Source: Lama glama
Lineage: Eukaryota
Reading direction: 5' to 3'
Assembly (NCBI GenBank): GCA_028534125.1
Contig: CM052841.1
Span: 62,062,001-62,126,000, forward strand
DNA: 64,000 nt
This document shows positions 1-11,900 of the stretch, piece after piece (position 1 is the stretch's first letter; each line of letters starts with the position of its first letter). The position numbers were made by a program, and so were the translations under genes. Below the pieces are notes generated by a model. That model did no database searches. It was not told where the DNA came from and worked only from the letters and a program-made list of their open reading frames with translations.

Positions 1-1115
1 ACCCTCAGGAAGCAGGTGCCACAAGAGGAGTGGGACCCCTGGGCTCGGGCATCATCTGACCAAGCCATGCCAGCTCTCCTCATTCATTCAAATAATTGTG
101 TGCCAGTCTCTCTTCTATGCACTGGGGCCACAGCAGTGACTAGCTTACATTTTGCTGGGAGTGAAAAGGAAGAACTAAAACTATCATTATTGGCAGATGA
201 CCTGATCTTATATGTAGAAAATCCTAAAAATGCACTTAAAAAACTACTAGAATACATAAGTTCATCAGGTTGCAGGATACAAGATCAATATACAAAAATC
301 AATTATTTCTATATACTAGCGAACATCCCCAATGAAATGAAGGAAACAATTTCATTTACAATAGTATCAAAAAGAATAAAATATATATGAATAAATTTAA
401 CAAAAAAGTATAAAACATATATTCCAGGAAACCACAAGACATTGTGAACGAAATTCAAGAAAATCTAAATAAATGGAAAGACATCCCATAGTTGTGGATT
501 GAAAGCCTTAATATTAAGATGATACTACTCCCAAATTGATCTAAAAATTCAACACAATCTCAGTTGGCTTCTCTGCAGAAAATTGATGCACTGATCCTAA
601 ACCTTGGAAATTCAAGGGACCAGAATAATTAAAACAACCTAGAAAAAGTAGAACATAATGAGAGGATTCACATATCTTGATTGCAAAACTTCTACAAAGC
701 TACAATAATCAAGAAAGTGTGGTTCCAGCATAAGGATAGACACATAGATCAATGGAATAAAGTTGAGAGTCCAGAAATAAGCCTTCACATCATGGTCAAT
801 TAATTTTCAACAAGAGTGCCAGCGGGGGAAAAAATGGCCATTTTAACAAAAGTTCCTGGAAAAGATGGATATTCACATGCAAAAGAGTGAAGTATACCCA
901 TTTCTTACATCATCTATAATTAACTCAAAATGGACCAAAGACCTTAAGTTTAAGAGCTAAAACTATAAAATTCTTAGAAGAAAACATAAGGGTAACTTTT
1001 CATTCTTCATGATCTGGGATTAGGCAACAATAGTTTCTTAGATATGACACCAAAAGTACAAGCAACAAGAGAAAATACAGATATACTGAACTTCATAAAA
1101 AAAAATTTGTGATTC

Positions 1116-1275
1116 NNNNNNNNNNNNNNNNNNNNNNNNNNNNNNNNNNNNNNNNNNNNNNNNNNNNNNNNNNNNNNNNNNNNNNNNNNNNNNNNNNNNN
1201 NNNNNNNNNNNNNNNNNNNNNNNNNNNNNNNNNNNNNNNNNNNNNNNNNNNNNNNNNNNNNNNNNNNNNNNNNNN
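1116..1275. other. N-run (160 nt), gap or mask inside L1
   Basis: Run of N. Confidence 0.99.
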
Positions 1276-1354
1276 ATAGAGACTTCTCCAAAGAAGATAC
1301 ACAAATGGCCAATAATACATAAGAAGATGTTCAACAACATTAAATATCTGGGAA

Positions 1355-1740
1355 NNNNNNNNNNNNNNNNNNNNNNNNNNNNNNNNNNNNNNNNNNNNNN
1401 NNNNNNNNNNNNNNNNNNNNNNNNNNNNNNNNNNNNNNNNNNNNNNNNNNNNNNNNNNNNNNNNNNNNNNNNNNNNNNNNNNNNNNNNNNNNNNNNNNNN
1501 NNNNNNNNNNNNNNNNNNNNNNNNNNNNNNNNNNNNNNNNNNNNNNNNNNNNNNNNNNNNNNNNNNNNNNNNNNNNNNNNNNNNNNNNNNNNNNNNNNNN
1601 NNNNNNNNNNNNNNNNNNNNNNNNNNNNNNNNNNNNNNNNNNNNNNNNNNNNNNNNNNNNNNNNNNNNNNNNNNNNNNNNNNNNNNNNNNNNNNNNNNNN
1701 NNNNNNNNNNNNNNNNNNNNNNNNNNNNNNNNNNNNNNNN
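1355..1740. other. N-run (386 nt), gap or mask inside L1
   Basis: Run of N. Confidence 0.99.
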
Positions 1741-2099
1741 AAACTAAGTACCTAGAAAACACTATACATAAGTGAAAGAAGCTAGTCATAAAGAACTATA
1801 AATTGCATGATTCCATTTCTATGAAATGTCCAGAACAGGTAAGTCCATTAGAAAGAGAAAGACTGGTGAGTGCCAGGGGGTGAGGGAGTTGGGAAAAAAT
1901 GGGAATGACTGCAAATGGGTACAGAGCTCCTCTCTGGGGTGATAAAAATGTTCTAAAATTGATTATGGTGATGGTCACACAATTCTATGAATAAACTAAA
2001 AACCACCAAACTGTACACTTCAAATGGGTGAACTGCATAGTGTGTGAACTACATCTCAATAAAACTGTTACCAAAACAAAATAAAAATGGTGGTTCAAA

Positions 2100-2460
2100 T
2101 AAAGAGAGAAAAATAGAGAAAACAGAACAGGGAAGGTGAGTAGGGAGTACTGGATGGAGATGAGAAGGTAAGGTCTGCCACTTTGGGCAGGTGGTTAGGG
2201 AAAGCCCTTTGGCAGTGACATCTGAGCAAGCGCTGGAATGAAGTAAGGATACAAGGTGAGCAAAGACTTGGGGAGGAGCTGTCCTGATACGTGAACAGCA
2301 AGTACAAAGGCCCTGAGGTAGAAACACTTGGCAAATGGAGAAGCAGCATGAAAGCCAGTACTGAATGGGCTTGTGGAGGAGAGCTGTGGTTGGCAAGAGA
2401 GCAGGGACTAGGTCAGGCTAGACCTCAAGGGCCATGGTGAGAACTTTGAATCTTCCTCTG
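2100..2460 (-). mobile_element. L2 LINE fragment
   Basis: L2-like motifs: gtgacatctgagca, caaaggccctgagg, gccatggtgagaactttg. Confidence 0.65.
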
Positions 2461-3094
2461 ACAGCAGCTCATTCTTGCCACTATGGATTCCAGCTTTAGA
2501 CAGAGGCTCAGAGCAGCCCCAGAGGAGGTGAGTGGAAGGGTGAAAAGAGAAGAAACACTTCCCAACCAGCCAGAGGACCAAGCTTAAAAGCAGGGAAAGC
2601 TAGGGGGCATCTAGGGTTCCCAGACCCTCCGATCTCCACACACCCCTCCACTGGCTCGAGCCCGTCCCAGAGTTGGAAGCAGCTGCTGGAGGCTGAGAAG
2701 GAAGTTCACAGTGCTGGGCGTGTAGAAACACCCAGAGGAATTAGGATTAGTGTCTGGGAACAAAAGCTGATATCGAGTTATGGGCCCTCTCTCTTCCCCT
2801 TTGTGAGTCTGCCATGGGAACGCTAGCCAGGAAGCCTGACGTCGCTAGCTCATGGCTCCTGCGGGCCTGGCCAGAGAAAGCCACGTGGAGCTCTCCCAAG
2901 CTCAGGTAACAGGCAGCTTCCTCTCCCCTGTGGGAAGGTGGGCCGGGGCAGGGCTCATGGGATCAGTGCTGGGCCTCCCTCATGTTTCCACAAGGCTCTA
3001 AACACACACTATTAAATGCCACCACTCCCACGGGAAGAAGCTCACAGCCGCGCCCTGGCCCACCCCAGGAGGTCACGGCAAGGATAAAACAAAC

Positions 3095-3290
3095 ACCTCA
3101 GTAGTGGCCATTTCCTGAGGCCCCACTGTGTGCCACCTGGAACTCTTCAGCATCGGAAGTGGGGTGTTATCATGGTCCACTTGACATATGAGGAAAATGA
3201 GGCTCACAAAGAACAGAAACTTACCCACAGTCACAGAGCGATGAGGAGCAGAGCATGGTCTTGACTCCAGGTCTATCTGGGACCAGATTC
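3095..3290 (-). mobile_element. MIR SINE
   Basis: Reverse MIR core atatgaggaaaatgaggctcaca...ttacccacagtcaca. Confidence 0.7.
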
Positions 3291-3562
3291 CATGTCACAC
3301 AGCCAGAATCAGCCCAGTCAGGACTTAACCCTGCAGCTGCCTCCAGGGCTGCTCTGGAGAGAGGGGACTGGGTTCCCTCGGTCGGGTGGTACTGGGCCCC
3401 AGGCACCGGGCAGGGATAACGGCAGGGAGATGAACACAGGCTCGGGGGCAGGGATGGGGGCTGTTCATTTTTTAAAAAGGCAAAAATTAAGATGCCAAGC
3501 AGGTGGCCATGAGCCCCTGTGTGGAAGCTGGCCAGGCCAGGCTTGAGGAAGTCTCAGGGACT

Positions 3563-3985
3563 AGATTCACTCAAAAACCTCTTATTAAGCTAGGTGCCAG
3601 CGACTGCTGAAGGCAGTAAACAAATACAGCAAACAAAACAGATAGAAATTCCTGCCTTCAAGGGGCTTATAGTCTGGCAGTAGGTAGGAGACAGACAAAC
3701 TGAGACAAAAACACAGCAGATGGTGGTAAGTGCTCTGGAGGAAAAAGGAACCAAGGAAGGAGGCAGGCAGTGCCTAGGTCAGGGAAGCCAGAGGGAAAGA
3801 CAGCCAGGCAAGGTGTTGATGAGAAGGCGACATTTGAGCAAAGAGCTGAACGAGGTGAGTGACCCACGCAGATACCTGGGGGAACGGCATTCCAGACATG
3901 AGGAACAGTCATTGCAAAGGCCCTGAGGTGGGAATGTCCCTGACATGTTTTAAGAAAGCATAAGGAGGACAGAGGCCAGAAGGCC
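3563..3985 (-). mobile_element. L2 LINE 3' fragment
   Basis: cctgccttcaaggggcttatagtct, caaaggccctgaggtggga. Confidence 0.7.
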
Positions 3986-6766
3986 ATTTGGGGAACGACT
4001 CCCAGGAAGAGCAGAGGCCCAGTGCAGTGCTGCCAAGAGCCCTGAAGGGTGACTAGGATCCTAACAGCTGAGCATCACCTGACACCCACTGTGAGGGACT
4101 GTGGCCCTGGGAGGAGGGACAGGGCCTGCCTTGGCGCCATGGGTCTCTGCATACATTCATTCCCCAGTGATACGAGGTGCAGTGAGCCGCCTGTCTCAGA
4201 CAGAGGGAGAGTGTGAAAACTACAAGAAATGAAAAACTATGACGAAAAGTCAAAAATTTGATATTCATTAAAAAAAAACACAGGACTGTGCATTCCCCAC
4301 CCCCTGCTCTCCTGATGTTGCTCAGGACAGGCTGAGAACCAAAATGTAAAGATGACAGAAACAAGCCCAGAAAAGACACCATCCAGAACCTGGACTCTGG
4401 GCTCCCAAACCGAGCGGCTTGTTCCACCTGCTCAGTGGCAGGAGGAGACAGTGGCCACAGGAAGGAGGGAGCTCAGAGCAGGCCTGGCTAAGGTAGGGTG
4501 AGGGACCGCAGGGCCACTGTCTTCGTGTCTATCCAAGAACTGTTTCTGTAATTGAAATCTAAATTGAAAAGTGAGAAAAGGGTGTGAGGTTAGAAGGGCT
4601 AGTCAAAAGCAAAAGGGACCTGAACATCCACCTACCTGATTCAAGGCCTGAGCCCACCCTTGCCCTCCAGCAGGACCGGGTGCCCCTTTGGTAAGAGATG
4701 AAATGGCCCTGAGCCTCCCTAGCCCAGGGTTTCAGGGCATGAGTCCCCAGCTCCATGCTGCCAGGGACAGGTAATTACAGAGAAGGGGTTTTCAGAGGAG
4801 TTTCATTTTTAGCTTTGAAATATACAATTAGACGTCCAAGTCCCTGAGAAGCAGGGAGAGCCCTCTCCACACACCGCAGCCCACTTGGTGGCCATCACAG
4901 TGGCAGAATTCAGCTATTTCTGAGTGGTCCTGAAATAGAGCAGAGCACCCTACCAGACTGGTGTCCTCAGGGCAGCAGAGCTCCCTCACAGCTCCCCTGG
5001 CCCCAAATCCCAACCACAGCCTCTATTATACACCCACAAAGGCTTACTGTAGGCGCCGGCTCGATGCCAGGCCCACGTGGGTGTGGGGACACAAGGGAGC
5101 AGACCTCCTCCAGGAGCCCCCAGCTGAGTGGGGAGACAGACATAACACAAGTGACTGACAAGGAAAGGGAAGGGGCTATGAGAGTGCTGAACAGATGGGG
5201 GGCCTGACTTGGCCTGGGGCAGTGATGCCAGAGCTGCGACCTCAGGGCTGTGGTCAGCTGGGTGAAGACCTGGGAGATGGCTCAGGCAGTGGGAACAGCC
5301 CAAGAAGACCCAGAAGGAAGGAGGTGGCTCTTAGGAGGAGGCGAGAGAAGGCTGGGGGTGGGGGCAGGATCAGGCTGGTGATGGTAAGGCTGCACATGTG
5401 ACCGAAAGGCCCATTACAGAGAGCCTGGACTTCATCTGTAAAACGGTGATACTGCCCACCGCATGGGGTTGTCAAGGTGACCCTGTAGTGCTGTGTCCAG
5501 CTCCTTTCTCCACTGCTCACCCAGAGGGGCAATGCAAAGAATCCTGCCAGCACGGTGTGTGGGTGGCCATGTCTTCCTAGCATCTGCCCCACCATGTGTC
5601 AGGGACCAAGGAAGACAGCCAGCCACCATCCAGGCCCCACACAGATGGGAAGCGCATCGTATCTGTCTGCCACCACTGTTTTTCCAGAGCCCAAGACAGA
5701 GCTACACAGAGCTGGTCTCACTCTAAAACACCCTCCTGCCCCCCAGGTTCATCTTTAATTAATCAACAGTAAAACTAGGTCCTGTTCATTGAGCTCATTC
5801 TACGGAACACACGTTTTACATACATAACCAACCGAATGCTATCACAATTTGACTATGTACCATTATCATTCCCATTTTACAGAGGAAGAAACGAGGTCCA
5901 GAGAGGGGCAGTACAAGCCCAAGCAGAGTTGGACAGAACAACAGGGTGGGATGCTGACCCAAGGCCACACCACCTCTTCCCCATCTCAGTTTCTCTCAAA
6001 AGCAGGAGAGCAAGTGGACATCTGGGAGGGGGGAAAGGCTTCTTCCTAGGCCCCCAGCAATTAAAGACTCCTCAAAGGCTGTGAAGGGTGGCAGATCAGG
6101 TTGATGTGAGCCACCATCCTCAGCCTCAGATGGAGAAATCTGAGATTCCCAGCAAGAGCCTACCCCAGAGTCTGTGTACCATGGTTCCCTGAGGTTGGCT
6201 CTCTGCCATGTCCCTGGCATTTGGACCAAACCAGCATCACTGCCTAGGAAGTACAAGATCCTAGAGCCTTGCACCCCCAGGTATCCATCATGCAGGTGAC
6301 AATGAGTCAGTGCCATGGCTCCCAGCCACAGGTTGCCCACAGCCCCCAGGCAGCCACACCCACACTGTCCCCATAGACAGAGACCAAACAGGGCCCCAGA
6401 GCCAGAGTAAAGGTACAGCACAGCCAGCAGTGGTCTCAGGGAAGGAAGTCGAGAGAAGGGAGCCCAGGGCATCAGTGGGGCAGCCCATGGAAGGGCTCCA
6501 GCCTGACCCCACACCCACCCTCAGTACTTCACCTTCCCCCAGCCGCCTGACTGCAAGCACTCGTCTACACATCTGTCTCGTCACCACTGTGTGCCTGGCA
6601 CAGAGCATGGCCTGGTAGGGCGCAGCTCAATTGTGGCCATCTAGGGGTGGGGGTGGCGAAGCCCGGGAGGCTAGAGCTTCTCGGACTCAAGCCAACGTTG
6701 AAAAATCCTTGGCTTATCACAAGCGAAGATTCCCAGGCCCTTCCAGAACCTCAGACTCTGTTATGC

Positions 6767-6977
6767 CAGGGTTTCTCAACCTCGGCACTACTGACATTTT
6801 AAGCCAATTCTGTTCCGTTTTGTTTTGTTTTCGAGGGTGGGGGGTGTCCTGTGCTTTACAGGATGATTAGCAGTATCCCAACAATAGCACAGCTCTAGCT
6901 GTGACAACCAAAAATGTCTCTAGACATTGCCAACTGTCCCCTCAGGGGGCAAAGTCACACCCAGTTGAGAACCAGTG
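6767..6977 (-). mobile_element. MER20 (hAT-Charlie) DNA transposon, apparently inside a MER5-like element
   Basis: Ends cagggtttctcaacc / gttgagaaccagtg (terminal inverted repeats); internal gtgacaaccaaaaatgtctctagacattgcca. Confidence 0.85.
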
Positions 6978-8784
6978 CTGCAGGCCTTGGACTGGGCTGT
7001 TTAAACAAGCTGCCAGGTGATTCTGAGGCAAGAGCTGGGCACCCAGGTAAGAGAGGGCATACCCATGAGAACTGTGTAGGACCCCAAGGACATCCCAGCC
7101 CCACTGTGCTCCTGGGCCCTGAGAGGGCTGGTCCCCAGATTCCTCCCCGTTAGCCCCCATGATAAGATAACCAGTGCAAGGCTCCAGCGCATGAATCCCT
7201 CCCCACTGACCCCCCAAGGGCTGCCACCAGGTCCAGCCTGCACCTCCTCAGCCAAGCCAACTCCATGATCTCCTTGTCCTTGGCTGGGTTCCTGGAGGAG
7301 CGAGCAGCCACAGTGATGCAATCAAGGTTCCCGGCTGATGAAACCCAGCCCAGGCTGGGAGAGGCGAGAGTCTAATAAGGAAACAATTTAAATCGACAAC
7401 ATCTGCCTGTGCTTCCCTGAAGAGAAGAGAGTACAGCCGCCTGGGGAGGGGCCTCCCGGGGCCCAGGCAAGGGGCTGGAGAGCCTCCATTCCGGCGACGT
7501 GGCCAACGTGGCAGCCCAGCAGCATCTGGCTTCTGCCAGGAATTCAGGGCCGCTCACAGGGGAAGCAGCTTGTTGCAGTTCTGACACAGCCAGCCCTTCC
7601 TCCTGTGACCCGATGAGGCAGCAAGAAGTTCCTAGAAGTCAAGCCACTCAGGCTTGGTGGGGAAGAGAGTCATCAGGGTCAGGGGTAAGGATTCTGGAGT
7701 CAGGTGCATCTGGGTTCAAATCCTGCCTCCGCCACCCAGGTGAATGCACAGGGATGCTATTTCCAATTGATGCAACAGGCCCTCTTGCTTTTATAGCCCA
7801 AAAGGAGAGCAGGCTGTTGAAGAGATCCAAAGTAAACTGCTTGCTTTGACCAAGTGCTGGTCCAACCCCATGCACCTGGGTGAAGGTGTCCCCACCAACC
7901 AGTGTGGTCCAGTCTGGCTCCTGTTTCCCTGTTTCCTCCCGTGTGCCAGGTGCAGGCACGACCACTACCCACTTCACAGATGAGCAAACTGACACTCAGG
8001 GAGTCCACAGGTCTCTCAAGAGGTAAAGGGTAACCTGTAAGCTCAAGCCCTATCTCAGGAGCTCACTCCCACCTGTCCTGCAGGATCGCTGGGAAAATTC
8101 ACCAAGATACAAAAGCTGTTCTCAGGGGATGGCAGCATCAGTCAATGTACCTGCACTTTACAGGCTGATCCTTCACCACAAGTGTCAACACCAGGGAAGA
8201 GGCAGCCTTGAGATCAGTCTTACCCTAAAGAAGGGATGGTCATTAGAAAAGGGTACACGGTCAGTGGGGCATGGCACTGGGCCAAACCCTTCAAGACCTG
8301 CTAGTACTGGGGACCAAAACTGGTCTATCCAAGGTCAAAGGCAGAAGTGAGAAAATGTTCCTATAAAAGTTCATATATCAGCTTCCTGCCTCCTGAGCAT
8401 TTCCTACTTATTGGGTGCCAAACTGAGAGCTCCCCCTGCCTGACCTCCCAGAATCCACACCCCAAGCCTGGGAGGTAGGTACCATCATCTTCAAGTCACA
8501 GGCAGGGAAACTGAGATTCAGAGCACAGAAGCCACCCACCCCAGGTCTGGCCAGGAGAGGGCCGTGATCCAAACAGCTGTCTGACCTCAGAATCTCAAAC
8601 TAGGCCCCCCATACCAGAGCTAGGCCAGGCTGGAGGCCCTAGAAATTCAAAGCAGGAAGATACAGCTGGCCTATAGTAGCAACTTTCACTACCCTCAGGA
8701 CCCATAGAGCTGCAGGGTTGGCTCTGCTCAGGAAGTTTCCTCTCCTGAGCCTCTGACATGCCCAGCAGGACCACTCACAAGTCA

Positions 8785-8975
8785 AGGGTGCTAGAGGCAG
8801 ACAGGCTGGGGTTCAAGGCCAAGATCTGCCACCCACTGGACATTTGACCTCTCCGAGCCTTAGTCACTGCCCTACCCTGGCTCACGGGGTTGCTAAGAGG
8901 TTTAATGAGAGAACAGGGCCTGGCACATACCCAGAAGGCACTCACAGTAAACGGGGGACATGGCCACTACTATTA
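8785..8975 (+). mobile_element. MIR SINE
   Basis: MIR head and tail: caggctggggttcaagg...cctggcacatac...cactcacagtaaac. Confidence 0.6.
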
Positions 8976-11900
8976 GAATTAATTCTGAGACAGATGGTAC
9001 AGCAGAAAGCCACGCAAGCAAGGCCCCTGATGGAGGCCCTGCTTCCCCACCCAGGACCATGGGTCGGGACATTTCCCCAGAACTTGAACCTGGCAGGGAC
9101 GTCCTGGGAGGTAGACTGGCAGGTGGCCCAGGCACACTCAGGCCGCTCCTGGCTGACTCACGCCTGGGTGGTGTTTGAATCACGCAAGGAAGGGAAGAAA
9201 CAGGAGGGAGGGATCCCCATCCCCAGAGCCCGGTTCCTCGAATGGCTGGACTCAAGTGAGTCATAGGGATGTCCCTGTCCTCTGAGCCCCTACCCAAGCC
9301 CATAGCCTTTCCTGAAAGCACCCTCCCCACAACTACTGCAGGCAAGTTACTTCCTCTTCTGGGCCTGGGTCTTAGGTATAGTGGAAACAGAAGGAAGCTT
9401 CTATGTTGCAAAGCACAGAGGACCTAGAGGTAGGACCTTTATTTCCTTCACTGTTGCTTGCCGAGTCCTAAGGATGGCTGGCACCTGGCACATGGGAGGT
9501 GCTCAGTAAGTCTCTGATGACTGAATGAGTGACCTTCATAGCCCTGCTCCCAACAAGAGCTACCAATGACCTTCTTGTGCTGATATTTCCACCTCCAGTA
9601 AAGGGGTCTCCCAGCTCTGGTCAGGTCATGTCTTCTGGCTCCGTGCCATCATCCAGGGGTCAGAGGTCATCACCATCTCTGGATCTGCCCCCAGGTGTTC
9701 CCACTGCTCCACATAGCACTCCCCATGGCTACCTGGACTTCTGAGGTGACCAGTGAATAATCATGGGCCACTCAGCCGTAGTCACATCCTCTCACAAAAC
9801 CAGCATAGACTCAGACCTGTCTTTTCAGCCATCTTCAGGAGCTCTCTGAGATTCCAAACATAGGACAAAGGCCTCAGGGTCAGGTGGGACCAGGAAGCCC
9901 TGACTCACCAATCTCTACCTCCTCCCCAGACACCTGATTCTCCTGCACACTCACGGACTGACTCTAGGCCACTTGCTGCCCCTGTCATCTACTTACTCCA
10001 CACACATTAACTGACCACTTACTACAAGCCAGGCCTGAGTGGGACACTGGAGATACATCTATAACAAGCCTGGGCCTCGATCAGCCTGCATCCAAAATGG
10101 GAATGGCCGTTCTCATCCAGGTCCATGTGATTCCTCTTTAGCCGACAGGAAACTTTCAGGAGGTGCTGGAGGACTGGGTCAGGCCTTCTCTTGCATTCAA
10201 GGTGAGTACTCAAAGGACCATCCCCAAAGGGAGTGGTCAGGGCCGGAGCAGGTAAGAGAGCCCAGTGCCTCCTCTCCTGCTGTGCTCAGCACTTCTCAGT
10301 GAGCTGATGTATCTTAATGGTCTCCTTCCAGTTCATGGACCCCAGGTCAGGGAACATGGCTGTCTTGGTCCTTGCACAGGGCCAGGGCAGCAGCCTGGCT
10401 CCAATCACAAATGTTTGCTAAATGGGTGAACCACAGGAAGAGACAGGAAAAACAAGGGAAGAGAGGGAGGAATGTGGACCTTTCCTTCCTGCTCCACCCG
10501 TGGATCCCCTCCAATAATTGCCCTGGATTAACAGCAACTACTGCCAGCCTTTCCTGAGTGCTTATTCTGTGCAGGGGGCTAACCCACTTAATCCAAGCAC
10601 CAAAAAGGAGCTCATCAACCCATTTCACAGAATAGGAAAGCAAGGCTCAGAGAGATCCCGTGGTCTGGCAGCCTCGGGAGCCTGCCTGCCCTCCCTCTAA
10701 ACTGCAAAGCCCCACACCCAGCACCCCTGCCGGGTTTGAAAGAAGCAGAAGGAAAATCCCCAGCCAGAAGACTGTTGGCAGTTGCCAAGATGAGCTATGG
10801 CTCATGAACAGCGATGCTTATCTGGTCGGGATGGTTCGGGCTGCCCCGCCAAAAAGACCCTGTAAAGACCTGAGCACCTCCTCCAGGCTTCCAGTGCCCA
10901 GCACCACCAAAAGTGTGGGGCATCTCAAGGCCGCTTCTCAGAGACACGTGCACACATCAGTGCACAGCTGGCAGACTCTCAGTACATCCTGTGAAACCAG
11001 CCCCCTCAAAGCAGGACTTAACAGGTCCCGGAAGTCCCCTCCAGACATGACCGCCACCCCAACAAAGACATCATCATCCTGATTTGCATCAGGATGGGTT
11101 TTGTTTTTAATCAAAATGCTTTTGAACTTTATGTAGATGGCATCACACAGCATGCTCTTGTGTCTGGCTTCCTTCCCTCAACATTGTTTGTGACACCGTC
11201 CTTGTTGTGAATAGCAACGGCTGCTGCGTAGTAGGCTCGAGTTTTGTTTTTAATCTTTGCATGATGACAGAGGTGGGAAACCACTCCTCTCAGCTGACAG
11301 CCACCTCCCCTTCTGCAACCTGGAGTCCCAAGTGGTCAATTCCACGGCTGCCCTTGGTGGTTCTGATTCTGATTCACATCCTCCTGTGGATCCCTGCCCA
11401 GGTAAGTCCAAGCCCCTCCCCATGGCCTCCCCCAACTCCAAGCCCCAGGCCACCGGCTCTTCCCTGCCCAGCACTCTTGCCCTGGTTGCTCTTCTCCCAC
11501 CACCTGCTAACCTACTCACCCCTAGGACCAAATCCAGCATGGCTTCCTGGAGAGGGGCACTACGGGGGGCAGGGCTGTATCCCCAGGAAGCAGCATGGGG
11601 CCACACACACACAAGGTGCTCAGAAAATTGTCCCCGAGGATCTGGGGGATGGGGAAGTCGCAGGTGTGCTGCCCCCACATGTCTGCAGTCTGGCTGCTCT
11701 CAGAGAGGAAGTGGTGGGAAGTGAGGGCACCTTGCATGTGAAAAGGACCCAGACTTCTGCCTTCTCCAGCACCCATCTCAGCACTGGACTGTGTGCCTCC
11801 TCCACTCAGTAGGTTTAGTGTGGTTTCAGCTTCCAGGTGCATGGTCCTGTGCTGAGCAGGTAGCCCTGATCTAGGTAGCCCTCCCACCCCCACATGAGCA

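Larger units (their letters stand above)
163..2090 (+). mobile_element. 5'-truncated LINE-1 (L1MB-like): 3' part of ORF2 plus 3' UTR, decayed and interrupted by two N-runs
   Basis: Translates KEELKLSLLADDLILYVENPK (L1 RT FADD region). Typical L1 ORF2 and 3'UTR segments follow, with AATAAA at ~2058 and an A-rich tail. Antisense to the inferred host gene. Confidence 0.9.

Noticed and set aside
16-390. 124-aa ORF with RT-like LADD motif
   Set aside because: A chance read-through into decayed L1 ORF2; frameshifted and truncated, not a gene
1007-1789. ORFs full of X (also 19435-19922, 29676-30066, 30607-30850)
   Set aside because: Artefacts of N-runs lacking stop codons
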